A stretch of 63,957 nt of DNA, the filler included, from Planctomycetota bacterium (GTDB lineage Bacteria; Planctomycetota; Planctomycetia; JALXBF01), in assembly GCA_026991575.1 (NCBI GenBank). It is 7 parts of 7 records of this genome, joined end to end, with 100 filler letters (N's around TTAATTAATTAA, not from the genome) between each part and the next. Parts side by side here need not be neighbours in the genome. Positions count along the whole stretch, not along the records: positions 22,782 to 44,887 come from JALXBF010000056.1; positions 44,988 to 46,652 come from JALXBF010000085.1; positions 46,753 to 52,715 come from JALXBF010000086.1; 4 more parts are not named here. The stretch is one strand, 5' to 3'. The notes under the pieces were generated by a model that saw only the letters and a list, made by a program, of their open reading frames with translations, made no database searches and had not been told where the DNA came from. Position numbers and translations under genes: made by a program. Below are positions 41,218-51,975 of this stretch, piece by piece. The first letter of the stretch is position 1, and each line of letters opens with the position of its first letter.

Positions 41218-42597
41218 ATGAACGGCTCACGCCGCAGGCTTGTCTTGATCGCGATCGCCGTGGCAGTTGCGGCTGTGGCGGGGCCAGCGCTGGTCGTCTG
41301 GTCGGTCCACGTGGCGCGGAGCCGTTGTCAGCCGCTGCTCGATATCGAACCGTACATTCGGCGTCAACCGGGTGACGACACCCTGCTGGCGGCGCGGTAC
41401 GTCACGTTCTGGCAGGCACATGGCGCGGACAGCCTCGTGGTAGACGCGGCCAGACGCTGGCTTCGTGAGGGACCGCCCGGTTCGCCGCCGCCGGCGGCGG
41501 CGGTGCGCGAGTATCAGGCAATGCGTTCGGAGCTTCGCCGGCTGTTGCAAGAGGGAGTGCCGAAGCGAGCGCGGTTTGTCAACGATGTGACTTGTTGGAC
41601 GATTGTTGAGTACGCAGCAGAAGCCACGCGCGTGGCTGCACTGTGCGTCGCGTATGCCGCGGATGCCTGGCAGCGGGGGAGGCGGGCGGAGGCTATCGAG
41701 GTGCTACGCGTCCCGCTGGTTTTCGCTGAGGTTCTCAGTTATCGGCCGTGTCTGGTGGAAGCCGTGTGCGCGGCCGCGATGCGCTGGATGGTCCTGCGCG
41801 GGATCGAGCTGGCGATGCTCGGGGAAGTTCCGCCGGAACCGTTCGAGTGTGAACGTCTCATCGCCCTGCTGGCTCCTGAGCGGGAAAAAGCGAGGAGGCT
41901 GCTAAAAAGGGCGCTGGTGGTGTCATACGCAGTCACGTGGAACTCCATTGAGAAGCTTACGGAGGATCCAGCGCTGGCGCGTACGTTGTGCGCCCAGATT
42001 TCGGGCGAACGATGTCCGAGGTTGCCGCCGTTGACGGGCAGGTGGGGGCCCTTTATCCGCCACTACTTCGGCAGGCACTTCACCGCCGACCCGTACGAGA
42101 TGATGTTGGAAACGAACAGATGGTACAGGCGAATTCTCAGCGCGGTGGACGAAGCGGACACACCATGTGAAGTGGTTGCCACGTTGGGACGCGTCGTTGG
42201 CGACGCAAAGCAGTCGCCATGGGCCGGGTACATGCTTGCGCGCTACGATGCCTGCGCTGTCACAATCTTTGATGTGGATGCCCGAATCGAAGCGACGCTG
42301 GCTGCGTTGGCATGGTTACGGTATCGAAAACTACGTGGCACGGAGCCACCGTCGTTGGACGTTGCTGCGCGGGACGCGGGCATTGAGCCGTTGCCAGTCG
42401 ACATCTACACAGGTGAACCGCTCCGCGTGACTCGGGCGCGCGACGCCGTGCTGATCTACTCAGTGGGCTCAGACGGGCAAGACGACGGCGGGTTACCGCG
42501 ACCGGGCAAATTGCCCCGGACCGGGAACCAGACTGTGCGGTGGGATGTGGTCGTTCGCCTGGGTGGTAGCGGTGATCCTTCGTCGGTTGCGCCCTGA
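41218..42597 (+). CDS. Hypothetical membrane-anchored protein with pseudopilin/T2SS-G-like C-terminal motif
   Basis: N-terminal TM; C-terminal DIYTGEPL...YSVGSDGQDDGG motif common in PVC hypothetical proteins. Confidence 0.6.
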   Translation: MNGSRRRLVLIAIAVAVAAVAGPALVVWSVHVARSRCQPLLDIEPYIRRQPGDDTLLAARYVTFWQAHGADSLVVDAARRWLREGPPGSPPPAAAVREYQAMRSELRRLLQEGVPKRARFVNDVTCWTIVEYAAEATRVAALCVAYAADAWQRGRRAEAIEVLRVPLVFAEVLSYRPCLVEAVCAAAMRWMVLRGIELAMLGEVPPEPFECERLIALLAPEREKARRLLKRALVVSYAVTWNSIEKLTEDPALARTLCAQISGERCPRLPPLTGRWGPFIRHYFGRHFTADPYEMMLETNRWYRRILSAVDEADTPCEVVATLGRVVGDAKQSPWAGYMLARYDACAVTIFDVDARIEATLAALAWLRYRKLRGTEPPSLDVAARDAGIEPLPVDIYTGEPLRVTRARDAVLIYSVGSDGQDDGGLPRPGKLPRTGNQTVRWDVVVRLGGSGDPSSVAP

Positions 42598-42676
42598 GCG
42601 GGGGTGATCGTTGTGGTGGCGTGTGGGTGGGTGGTTGGCTGAGCGGTGGTGGTGCTTGGGGGGTTTGGCGCAGCAG

Positions 42677-42712
42677 AAAAGCCACGTGGCGTTATGGTGC
42701 CACGTGGCTTTT
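42677..42712. terminator. Bidirectional intrinsic terminator downstream of the 16S rRNA gene
   Basis: Perfect inverted repeat AAAAGCCACGTGGC-N8-GCCACGTGGCTTTT between convergent units. Confidence 0.85.
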
Positions 42713-42847
42713 GGGTTGACTGCTTCTTTGGCGGACTCGGGCGGTGGGGTGATGGAGTGAGGGTGAGGCGGGGGAGGCTGGGTCGAGGTATGACACCGGG
42801 GCTTGGCCCCGCGCTGGCCCACGGTGCCCGGAGCAAGCTGCTCCTTA

Positions 42848-44415
<1,568 letters not shown>

Positions 44416-44579
44416 AAAGCTGCCTCCGCTCCAACAGGCATCCACCCGCCAGAGCGGTCCGCTAACTCGTCAAAGGGCGGAGAGCGCCCCAGAAACTACG
44501 CCCACAGGCTCTCGCCCGCAGAACGTAGCCCCAGAGCTCGGCCGCACTTCCAGCCTACTCACGCTCCTCCAATCACTCG

Positions 44580-44605
44580 CCACCACCCGAATTGCCAAAG
44601 AGCAA
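44580..44605 (-). promoter_or_regulatory. boxA-like leader and 5' arm of the 16S processing stem
   Basis: TGCTCTTTGGCAATTCGGGTGGTGG pairs with CCACCGCCCGAGTCCGCCAAAGAAGCA at 42721-42747. Confidence 0.7.
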
Positions 44606-44665
44606 ACCGCCTCAAACAGCCTCACCAGCTGCCCAAGGCTCGCCACCCTCACGGTGGCCATCACC

Positions 44666-44693
44666 ATTCTAGCCCAGTACCCGCCGCCGTCAA
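44666..44693 (-). promoter_or_regulatory. sigma70 rrn promoter
   Basis: TTGACG-N16-TAGAAT about 250 nt upstream of the 16S 5' end. Confidence 0.75.
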
Positions 44694-44887
44694 GAGCCTC
44701 AAACCACTCCCTGCCACCTCCCGCAGAAATCAACAACCTCCTAACAACAAACCACTTCCGTACGGCAGCGGCCACCAGGCCTCCCAACCTGCCTGCTTGC
44801 CACTCCATCTGACTACTATCGGCCCAAAAACGTTCCCACTCCACACACCAACCACCACCTCCCAGCCCCCACCAGCTGCCTGCGGCC

Positions 44888-44987
44888 NNNNNNNNNNNNN
44901 NNNNNNNNNNNNNNNNNNNNNNNNNNNNNNNTTAATTAATTAANNNNNNNNNNNNNNNNNNNNNNNNNNNNNNNNNNNNNNNNNNNN
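44888..44987. other. Artificial contig linker
   Basis: N-run with TTAATTAATTAA. Confidence 0.99.
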
Positions 44988-44988
44988 G

Positions 44989-45216
44989 GCGTACGAGGCG
45001 GTCGCGGGCGTCCCAGGTGTAGACGGTGCGGGCGCCGGTGGTCTTGTGGCGTCTTTCGATGAGGTTGCCGCGGGGGTCGTAGGTGTAGGTGTATTCGGTG
45101 TCCTCGGTGAGGCGGTTGGCGGCGTCGTAGGCGAAGCGCACCGTCTGGGCCAGGGGGTCGGTGATGGCGGTGACGCGGTCGAGAGCGTCGTAATCGTGGA
45201 GAGGTATCAAAGGCAT
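44989..45216 (-). pseudogene. Start of the next orphan Rhs/YD-repeat fragment (runs off contig)
   Basis: DYDALDRVTAITDPL, YDAANRL, YTYDPRGNL and YTWDARDRL repeats with no Rhs N-terminus. Confidence 0.8.
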
Positions 45217-45221
45217 GGATT

Positions 45222-45806
45222 CTAGCGATCCCGAACTTGGGAGCGCGGCGGCGGCGAGCCTCGACGCCAAGATGCGATGGCTTGGGCGATCCATGGTATC
45301 AGCTTGAACCACTGCACATAACCGATGGCATAGAAAGCGATCCAAAAGAGAGCGAATTCGGCCGGTGCAGCAGGGCGTTCGGAAAGAAAGACCATGCTGT
45401 ATAGGTAAACGAATACCAATGCGATAAGCCCAGTTGGAGCGCTGAGCGATAGCATCGATAGAACGAGAATCGTGTCAGCCGCCTTTTGGGCATCGGCTTC
45501 TGGTCGCAAGGCAATGTAAAGGGAGAATCCGAAGGCGAAGATTGCGGCGCTATGCCATGCGCGCTGTGCTACGAGGAGGGTACTTCGCTCTCCCCACTGA
45601 GCGAGAAGCAGAGCAAGACTTACCAAAGCGCTCGCTGGCATGAGGGCCAGCGCAAGGTTTGCTCGTATAGTCCCGCCGGTGGCCATTCCGATGGTTGGAA
45701 GGGCTATAAGAATGAGCCCCGCCATGCTCAGAAGAGCAAGTACGATCCGGCGCAAGCAGCGCGGAAGTCGCGCAGACGCTGCCGTGAAGTTTAACGCCCT
45801 TCGCAT
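45222..45806 (-). CDS. Putative Rhs immunity protein (about 5 TM helices)
   Basis: Directly downstream of the toxin, lower GC, hydrophobic segments, GYVQWFKLIP; start uncertain. Confidence 0.65.
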   Translation of the reverse strand: MRRALNFTAASARLPRCLRRIVLALLSMAGLILIALPTIGMATGGTIRANLALALMPASALVSLALLLAQWGERSTLLVAQRAWHSAAIFAFGFSLYIALRPEADAQKAADTILVLSMLSLSAPTGLIALVFVYLYSMVFLSERPAAPAEFALFWIAFYAIGYVQWFKLIPWIAQAIASWRRGSPPPRSQVRDR

Positions 45807-46651
45807 CGGGCCATGCATTCCCTAAAGGTGTCAGTGGCCCACTCTTGACAATTAGTGCCGGGGCCAATCAACCCATAGAACGGTCGACTGGGATATTTGA
45901 TTTTCTCGATCAGGCAGCGATCGACACAGGGGCGATCATCAACTTTCTCGCAGCGAGCACTATTGTAATAGCCGCGGCTCGGCTTGCCCGGGCTATAGGA
46001 CCCTCCAGTGCGGTCCTGGCCGCCGCATATGGTACGCCCGCCAGCCTTCACACAGGTGTATTGGTGGTAGAGCAATGGGGCACCCAGGTCGTAGGCCCAG
46101 TTACCTAGGTCGCCAAGCGCGTCGAGAGGCTTTGTGCACATATAAGCATCGAGCCCCAAGGGGTCGATGAACTGGTTTGGACGAGCCTCGCCATAGAGGT
46201 ATAGGTTGGTGCCACCATGGAAGTGGACGGGATCCTCGCTGAGGAACCTCTCCACGGTGGGATCATAGTACCGCGCCCGGTAGTAGTAGAGGTCCTCGGC
46301 CTCGTATTCGCGGCCGGTGTGGCGGAAGTCGTTGGGGGTGGTGCCGGCCGCGGTGGTGATCCCGTAGGGGCTGTAGCGGTAGGTGTCGGTGGTTGCGGAG
46401 CCGTCCTCGAGGGCCATGACGGAGGCCTGGTGGTTGGCGCGGTACCAGAGGCGGCGGCCGGCGGCGTCCTCGCGCCCGAGGGGCTCGTCGATGGCGGGAC
46501 CGAAGGTGACCCATTCGAGGAGGGCGCCCGAGGGGTCGAGGGTGGCGATGCGGTCGAGGCCGTCGTAGAGGAAGCGCTGGGTGGTGCCGGCGCGGGTGCG
46601 GGACCAGCGGCGGCCGAGGGGGCCGTAGGCGTATTCGATGACGTCGGTGGG
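45791..46651 (-). CDS. Rhs-associated core plus Cys-rich C-terminal toxin (5' truncated by contig end)
   Basis: Frame open from the contig edge; TGREYE, YYYRARYYDP, RFLSEDP, NLYLY and PNQFIDPLG motifs, then a 120-aa variable tip. Confidence 0.92.
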   Translation of the reverse strand, partial: PTDVIEYAYGPLGRRWSRTRAGTTQRFLYDGLDRIATLDPSGALLEWVTFGPAIDEPLGREDAAGRRLWYRANHQASVMALEDGSATTDTYRYSPYGITTAAGTTPNDFRHTGREYEAEDLYYYRARYYDPTVERFLSEDPVHFHGGTNLYLYGEARPNQFIDPLGLDAYMCTKPLDALGDLGNWAYDLGAPLLYHQYTCVKAGGRTICGGQDRTGGSYSPGKPSRGYYNSARCEKVDDRPCVDRCLIEKIKYPSRPFYGLIGPGTNCQEWATDTFRECMARCEGR

Positions 46652-46652
46652 T

Positions 46653-46752
46653 NNNNNNNNNNNNNNNNNNNNNNNNNNNNNNNNNNNNNNNNNNNNTTAA
46701 TTAATTAANNNNNNNNNNNNNNNNNNNNNNNNNNNNNNNNNNNNNNNNNNNN
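46653..46752. other. Artificial contig linker
   Basis: N-run with TTAATTAATTAA. Confidence 0.99.
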
Positions 46753-47525
46753 ACGGGCAGTGCCAGGTGTGGTCGGCTGAACCGGTCAGCGACCGTGTGG
46801 TAAAACCAATCATTTGGCCCGAGTAACGACGGCTCGCAGTTGACAACCTTCAGTGCGTAGCGCTCTGGCTCAGACAAGACACGACCTACGGCAAGCACGT
46901 TGTAGAATCCGATGTAGTAATTGGTGCCGTCCTTCGTGAAGAAGAATCTCCGTAACACGGGTGGGGGCTGAGGTTCTATGCCGCTGGCCTCCATCCTTGC
47001 AAGGAGTGCCGGACTGTATCGGCGCTCCACCGGGGCGAATTCGCGTTCCAGATGGTACTGGACAACCCCCCCAGCCACCTCTGCAAGTTGCGATACCGTA
47101 CCGCGGACAAGGATGGAGACGCTGCCCTCGGCAGCGCTCGCGTATAAGCCGAACTGCCTACGATCCCGTTCCTCACGGAACCGGAAGAAGCTCGTCACGA
47201 AGTCAGGTTCCCTGCCTTCTGCCTGTGCGCGTTCGATAGCGGCCTCGTCGATCAAATCGTGAATGCGGATGCAGTCCTCGCCCACAACCGTGGCTCTGAT
47301 ATGGCAAACGTGATCCTCTTCCGGTAGCGGCATTCGGCGGATGGCTTGAAACAGGAGGTCATCTGGATCCAGTGGCTGCTTATCGAAGTTTACCAGCACG
47401 AGCTCAGCACATGAGGGGAATACCTGAAGTGATTCTTCAATAGCTTCATGGGTATACAGCGATATCCGGTAGTTGCTGCCGGTGTCGTCAACGAAGAAGA
47501 ACCTAAGTGCTCTCGCGCTAATCAT
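46753..47525 (-). CDS. Putative Rhs immunity protein with internal domain duplication (3' truncated)
   Basis: ATGA overlap with the Rhs stop, lower GC, two similar LRxFF...GxNYxIxxY...VN...LxPxD units. Confidence 0.7.
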
Positions 47526-50500
47526 CGCTTTCTCTTCGGGCGGTCGTAACCGATGATGTTGCCATCGTCATCGAATGTCACACCGTGCTCCTTCAAAATC
47601 TCGCGAAAAGCTTCGAGTTCAACCTTGTGTCTCTCCAATTCTTCAAAAGGTCGTCCGGGCTCGGCACGCTGTTCGTGTTCCTTTATTAGATCCTGTTTGT
47701 CCACGTACTGTTTTTTCTGCTCATCCAATGGCTGCCTCGCGAATCTCTTCACCGTCTTCTCGATCGACTTCCACCACTCCGCGTACTTCTGTTGTATCCT
47801 CTTGAGGGCCTCGCGTTCGGCTTTAGGGAGCGCGCGGTGGACCTTTGACAGATGGCGACGCCAGTACTTGGCGTACCGTCCGAATCCTAGGCCGATCATT
47901 TCCTCCGCCATAACGCGGACCAGCTTGCGGTACTCACCTTCCATGGTGTAGAGGACCGCGCTGGTGGTTAGCCCGACGGGGCCTAGCATTTCCAAGGCGT
48001 CGTGCGCCTTGTCCTTGAGCCTGTCGTACGTGGCGCCAGCCGCCTCCATGGCTGCCTGGCGCATCTCGTCCGTTGGGTTGGTCGTCCGTGTGTAGAGCCA
48101 GTCCAGGAAGTTCTGGATGATGCGGTGGAACCACGTGCCGCGAGGATCGACGTAGGAAGTCGGTTTGTTCCCTGCATAGGTGAAGGGATTGAAGGAGCCG
48201 CCGGCCAGACCGAGAGGGTCTGGCGACAAGAAGCGACCTGTGTCCGGGGAGTAGGCGCGCGCCCGAAGGTGCAGTGTTTCAGCCGTCTCGGACCATTCCC
48301 GGCCTGTGAAGCGAAACCTACCCCTGGACGCCGGAGAAGTGGTCAGGGCATTGCCAAACGCGTCATAGCGGTATGCGGGCGCGATGCTGCCGTCTACCTG
48401 CACCCGGTGCCGGACAGAACCGAGAAGGTCAGTAAGAACAAGGTCAACGGTGCCGTTCGTCTGCTGTTCCGCGAGGAGGGCATCGACAGCTAGGGTGTAA
48501 AGGCGACGGTTGTCGACAGTTGGCGTGATGCCGTCGGACGTGTCCGCATCCGTGAAGTCAACAATCGGGTTGGCCGCGAAGATCGCGCTTGAGTAGATGC
48601 CATCCACATACGGGGCTAGGCCGCCCTGGGCAACCTGCTCGGCCGACGGCGGCTGAGCCAGGTCATGCAGCACAAACGTGAACCGCTCCGGCTCAGGGCC
48701 AGCCGGGCCGTCGGGGTCCTCGTAGAACGCAATCCGACGGTTGAACGCGTCGTAGACGTACGTCTCACTCCACAGCACATTCCCCTGGCCATCCTTGTGC
48801 ACCACCGCCGTCAGCCGGTTGCGGTAGTCCCAGCTGTACTCCGTCACCTCGCCGGTCACCGTGTTCGTCTTGCGAATCAGGTTCCCTTCGTTGTCGTACT
48901 CGTAGTCGTTGGTTCCATCCGACAGCAACCGGTTGTCCGCTCCGGTCACATAGCCGGTGCCGTGCAGGTGCGACTCCGTTCGATTGCCATTGGGCGTGTA
49001 GCGGTAGTACTCGATCAGGTTCCCCTGGCCATCCCACACGTCCGTCAGCTGACCCTGCGGGTCGTACGCATACGTGCGCGTCCCTTCCGGACCGCTGTAC
49101 GCCACAATCTGACCGGCCGCATCCCACGTGTACGCGAAGTCCGCCAGCGGCGTCGCATTGCCCTGCGAATCCACGTAGTCATGGTCAATCAACGTCACCC
49201 GCGAGGCAGCATCATAGCTGTAGCTGGTGACGATCTGGGGATCCTGACCCCAGCCACCGCCGGAGCCGGGCTCAAAGCGGACCATCCGCACCAGCCGGCT
49301 GGCCGCATCGTAGGCGAACTGCGCGGTTGCCTTCGGCGTGCCGTTGACCACCAACTCCGCCTGCGTCATCCGCGACAGGCTGTCGTACTGGTACCGCCAC
49401 TCGGTGCCGTAGTTGTCGGTGAGGCGGATGCGGTTGCCGGCATCGTCGTAGGTGTTGGTGAGCTGGATGGCCGGGTAGATCGAGGGGCTGCCGGTGTTGT
49501 CCAGACTGATGATGCGGCCGGCGTCGTCGTAGGCAAGCGTGTAGGTCTGGTTCGGGTCGGAGACGCCGATCAACTGGTTAGCGGCGTCCCAGGTGTAGTT
49601 GATCTGGAAGATGATCTGGCCCTGGCCGTCGAGCCACTTCTCCGCGGTGCGGCGGCCGTCGAGGTCGTAGTCGAACTCACGCCGCCGCCCGTTGCGGTCG
49701 ACGACCGCCGTCAGCTGTCCGGCGGCATCGTGCTCGAAGAAGCGGCTCAGGCCCAGCGCGTTGATCTCTTCGATGACCCGATCCACGGCATCCAACCGCC
49801 ACTGGGTCGTGTTCCCGTCGGCATCGGTCAGCGAGATGAGATTGCCTTCCTCATCATAGCCAAAAGTGATCTCCGGGTTGTTGTTCGGGTCGCTGTCGCC
49901 ATCGGGCAAGATGATGGCCGTCCGCCAGTCGCGGGCGTTGTAGCGGTACCGCGTCGTGCGGCCCAAGGGATCGGTGACCGCGGCGACCATGCCGGTGAGG
50001 GTGTAGGCGATCGTGGTCTGATTGCCCAGCGGATCGCGGGTGGCGATCACTCGGTTGCGTGCATCGTAATCCCATTCGTAGCGGTTCCCCAGCGGATCGA
50101 TCGCCGCGATCCGGTTGCCCACCAAGTCATACTCCCACTTCCAGCGGTTTCCCTCCGCGTCGACCAGCTCGATGAGTCGGTCGAGGTTGTCGTACTGATA
50201 GTCGGTCTGGCTGGTTTCCAGGCCTGCCAGCGGGTCAGTGCGCCGGACGAGCCGGTCGACGGCATCCCAGGCGAAGGTGCTCTTGGCGCCGGTTGGATCG
50301 GTGATGGAGATCACCCGTCCGCGTGCGTCGCGTTCGTAGCTGGTGGTCCGGCCCAGCGGGTCGGTGACCGACAGGAGCCGCTGCTCGGCGTCGTAGCCGT
50401 AGCTGGTGACAAAGTCCATTGGCGTGGTCACGGTGACCAGCGTTCCGAGGGCATCGTAGCCGTAGGTGGTCTGGCGGCCCAGCGGATCGATGGTCGCGAT

Positions 50501-50668
50501 CACTTCGTCGGCTGCGTTGTAGAGCGTCTGCCAGACGGGGTTGTTTGTCGGGTCGGTGTCCTCATCGGGATCGATCACCTTCACCTGCCGGTGCAGCACG
50601 TCGTACTCATAGCGCACCGTGTGGCCGGTGGTAGCTGCGTGCTTGAGAGGGGGGGCGGAGAGCAGCAC
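47522..50668 (-). CDS. Rhs/YD-repeat polymorphic toxin lacking its N-terminus (orphan), with unrecognised C-terminal domain
   Basis: Many YD/DPLG repeats, FTGREW, LRARAYSPDTGRFLSPDP and PTSYVDPRG motifs; ORF begins inside the repeats. Confidence 0.92.
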   Translation of the reverse strand: MLLSAPPLKHAATTGHTVRYEYDVLHRQVKVIDPDEDTDPTNNPVWQTLYNAADEVIATIDPLGRQTTYGYDALGTLVTVTTPMDFVTSYGYDAEQRLLSVTDPLGRTTSYERDARGRVISITDPTGAKSTFAWDAVDRLVRRTDPLAGLETSQTDYQYDNLDRLIELVDAEGNRWKWEYDLVGNRIAAIDPLGNRYEWDYDARNRVIATRDPLGNQTTIAYTLTGMVAAVTDPLGRTTRYRYNARDWRTAIILPDGDSDPNNNPEITFGYDEEGNLISLTDADGNTTQWRLDAVDRVIEEINALGLSRFFEHDAAGQLTAVVDRNGRRREFDYDLDGRRTAEKWLDGQGQIIFQINYTWDAANQLIGVSDPNQTYTLAYDDAGRIISLDNTGSPSIYPAIQLTNTYDDAGNRIRLTDNYGTEWRYQYDSLSRMTQAELVVNGTPKATAQFAYDAASRLVRMVRFEPGSGGGWGQDPQIVTSYSYDAASRVTLIDHDYVDSQGNATPLADFAYTWDAAGQIVAYSGPEGTRTYAYDPQGQLTDVWDGQGNLIEYYRYTPNGNRTESHLHGTGYVTGADNRLLSDGTNDYEYDNEGNLIRKTNTVTGEVTEYSWDYRNRLTAVVHKDGQGNVLWSETYVYDAFNRRIAFYEDPDGPAGPEPERFTFVLHDLAQPPSAEQVAQGGLAPYVDGIYSSAIFAANPIVDFTDADTSDGITPTVDNRRLYTLAVDALLAEQQTNGTVDLVLTDLLGSVRHRVQVDGSIAPAYRYDAFGNALTTSPASRGRFRFTGREWSETAETLHLRARAYSPDTGRFLSPDPLGLAGGSFNPFTYAGNKPTSYVDPRGTWFHRIIQNFLDWLYTRTTNPTDEMRQAAMEAAGATYDRLKDKAHDALEMLGPVGLTTSAVLYTMEGEYRKLVRVMAEEMIGLGFGRYAKYWRRHLSKVHRALPKAEREALKRIQQKYAEWWKSIEKTVKRFARQPLDEQKKQYVDKQDLIKEHEQRAEPGRPFEELERHKVELEAFREILKEHGVTFDDDGNIIGYDRPKRKR

Positions 50669-50683
50669 GCTGCCGCGGGGATG

Positions 50684-51066
50684 GCCGGATCAACCCGGGA
50701 CGTGCTTCAATGGGCGGCGGGGGGGCTTTATGCCCCCCTGCCGCTGTGTTGATGGGTAGCGCGGGCGGTACGGGCTTTGTTCGTTTTTCTACCCCCGTGA
50801 AAGATGGCCCGACGCCGCGGACCGTGGTCCGCGGCGTCGGCGCGGTGGCATAGCGCTGCTGCCGCGACGACGGCGCAATCACTCTGTGCACAGCGCCCGG
50901 CCAAGGGAATCCCACCGCCCGGGCCGCGGGTGGGGTCGACCCGCCCGCGGCCCGGAAGGGAAAAAATCTCTTGGAGATCTGCCCGCGCTATCCATCAACG
51001 TTGCGGGCGGGGGGCCATAAAGCCCCCCCGACCGCCGATTGAAGCAGGCTGCCGGGTTGATTTGGC
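50684..51066. repeat. REPIN/MITE-like element: about 85-bp imperfect inverted repeats (50684-50766 and 50981-51066) enclosing two more hairpins
   Basis: Arms share ATCAACCCGG..TGCTTCAAT..GGGGGGCTTTATG.CCCCC..GTTGATGG.TAGCGCGGGC; internal palindromes at 50809-50840 and 50921-50953. Confidence 0.8.
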
Positions 51067-51259
51067 AATTCCGGACGCAGCATCCGGGCCGTTCGTCGTC
51101 GAGCGCCGTGGCGTGCACGGCTGAACCATGCGCCGGTCGCCACAAGCGCAGGTCCTGCGCTTCGCCGCAACCACACCGCCCGCGAGGCTCTCCGCAGCTG
51201 TCGCCGCGATACCGATCTCCTCGCCTCACGGCTGGCGGTCCCGCGAAGCCGCCCGGGCG

Positions 51260-51343
51260 CGGGTTTGGTCCTCCCGCGTCCGAGAACCTTCAGCCGCCAG
51301 TTACCGTGAACTCGCGGGAGGGGGCTTTATCGCCCCCCTCCCG
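51260..51343 (+). repeat. Third copy of the REP-like hairpin
   Basis: CGGGAGGGGGC-TTTATC-GCCCCCCTCCCG at 51315-51343; its left flank resembles 61290-61345. Confidence 0.75.
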
Positions 51344-51474
51344 GTGCGCGTCGGAGCGGGCTCGTTCGGTGAGGTGGAAGTCCTCGCCAGGGATTGGTCT
51401 GGACCCTGTAGCCGAAGTGACTGTATCGTCGAGCGGGGCGTAGATAGCAACAACCCCGATGAGGGGATGGTCGA

Positions 51475-51660
51475 ACCAACCCGCCAGCTTGCTTGGAGGG
51501 GGGCGGGAGGGGGGCTTTATGCCCCCCTCCCGGAGGCCTGATGGATAGCACGGGTGTAACCCCAAGAGATTTTTTCATTCGGGGCCGCGGGCGGGATCGA
51601 CCCGCCCGCGGCCCGGCGGGGAAGAAATTTCTGGATGATGGACCTCGCTACCCAATCAAC
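51475..51660 (+). repeat. Fourth copy of the repeat, including the second hairpin type
   Basis: CGGGAGGGGGGC-TTTAT-GCCCCCCTCCCG, TGATGGATAGC, CCAAGAGATTTTTTC and GGGCCGCGGGCGGG-ATCGA-CCCGCCCGCGGCCC; matches the reverse complement of about 50915-51060. Confidence 0.8.
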
Positions 51661-51975
51661 CTTGCCGGTGTGGGGCGTGAACCCCCCACATCCACCCGTC
51701 CAGGCTAGCGGGCTGATCTGTCAGCTTCCGGCTACGTGAACTGCTGCACTGACGTAGCGAGCGTCTCCATCGCTACCTCTCCGGCACATGCAGCCAATGA
51801 CCTACCGGAAGAGTGGCCGCAGAAGCCGCAGCAGACCCCGGGTCGTCAGCCCAGCTGCTCCTGGGAGGGGCTGGTTTGTACACTTCACCGGGAGGCTACT
51901 TCGTCAGTCGGAAGGAAAACGCTTTTCGGCGTGAAACGGTTCACTGCTAGGCAGAACAGCTGGTCGAAGCGAGCG

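Noticed and set aside
48665..50752. 695-aa plus-strand ORF
   Set aside because: Antisense shadow of the Rhs gene, typical of high-GC codon bias; no motifs
51455..51490. GGTTCGA-like T-arm motif on the minus strand, suggesting a tRNA or att site
   Set aside because: No cloverleaf or CCA end can be built; no tRNA (including selC) was recognised anywhere in the window
50684..51660. Possible CRISPR array or integron attC array
   Set aside because: Repeats are degenerate, in both orientations and irregularly spaced, with no unique equal-length spacers or cassette ORFs and no cas or intI gene in view
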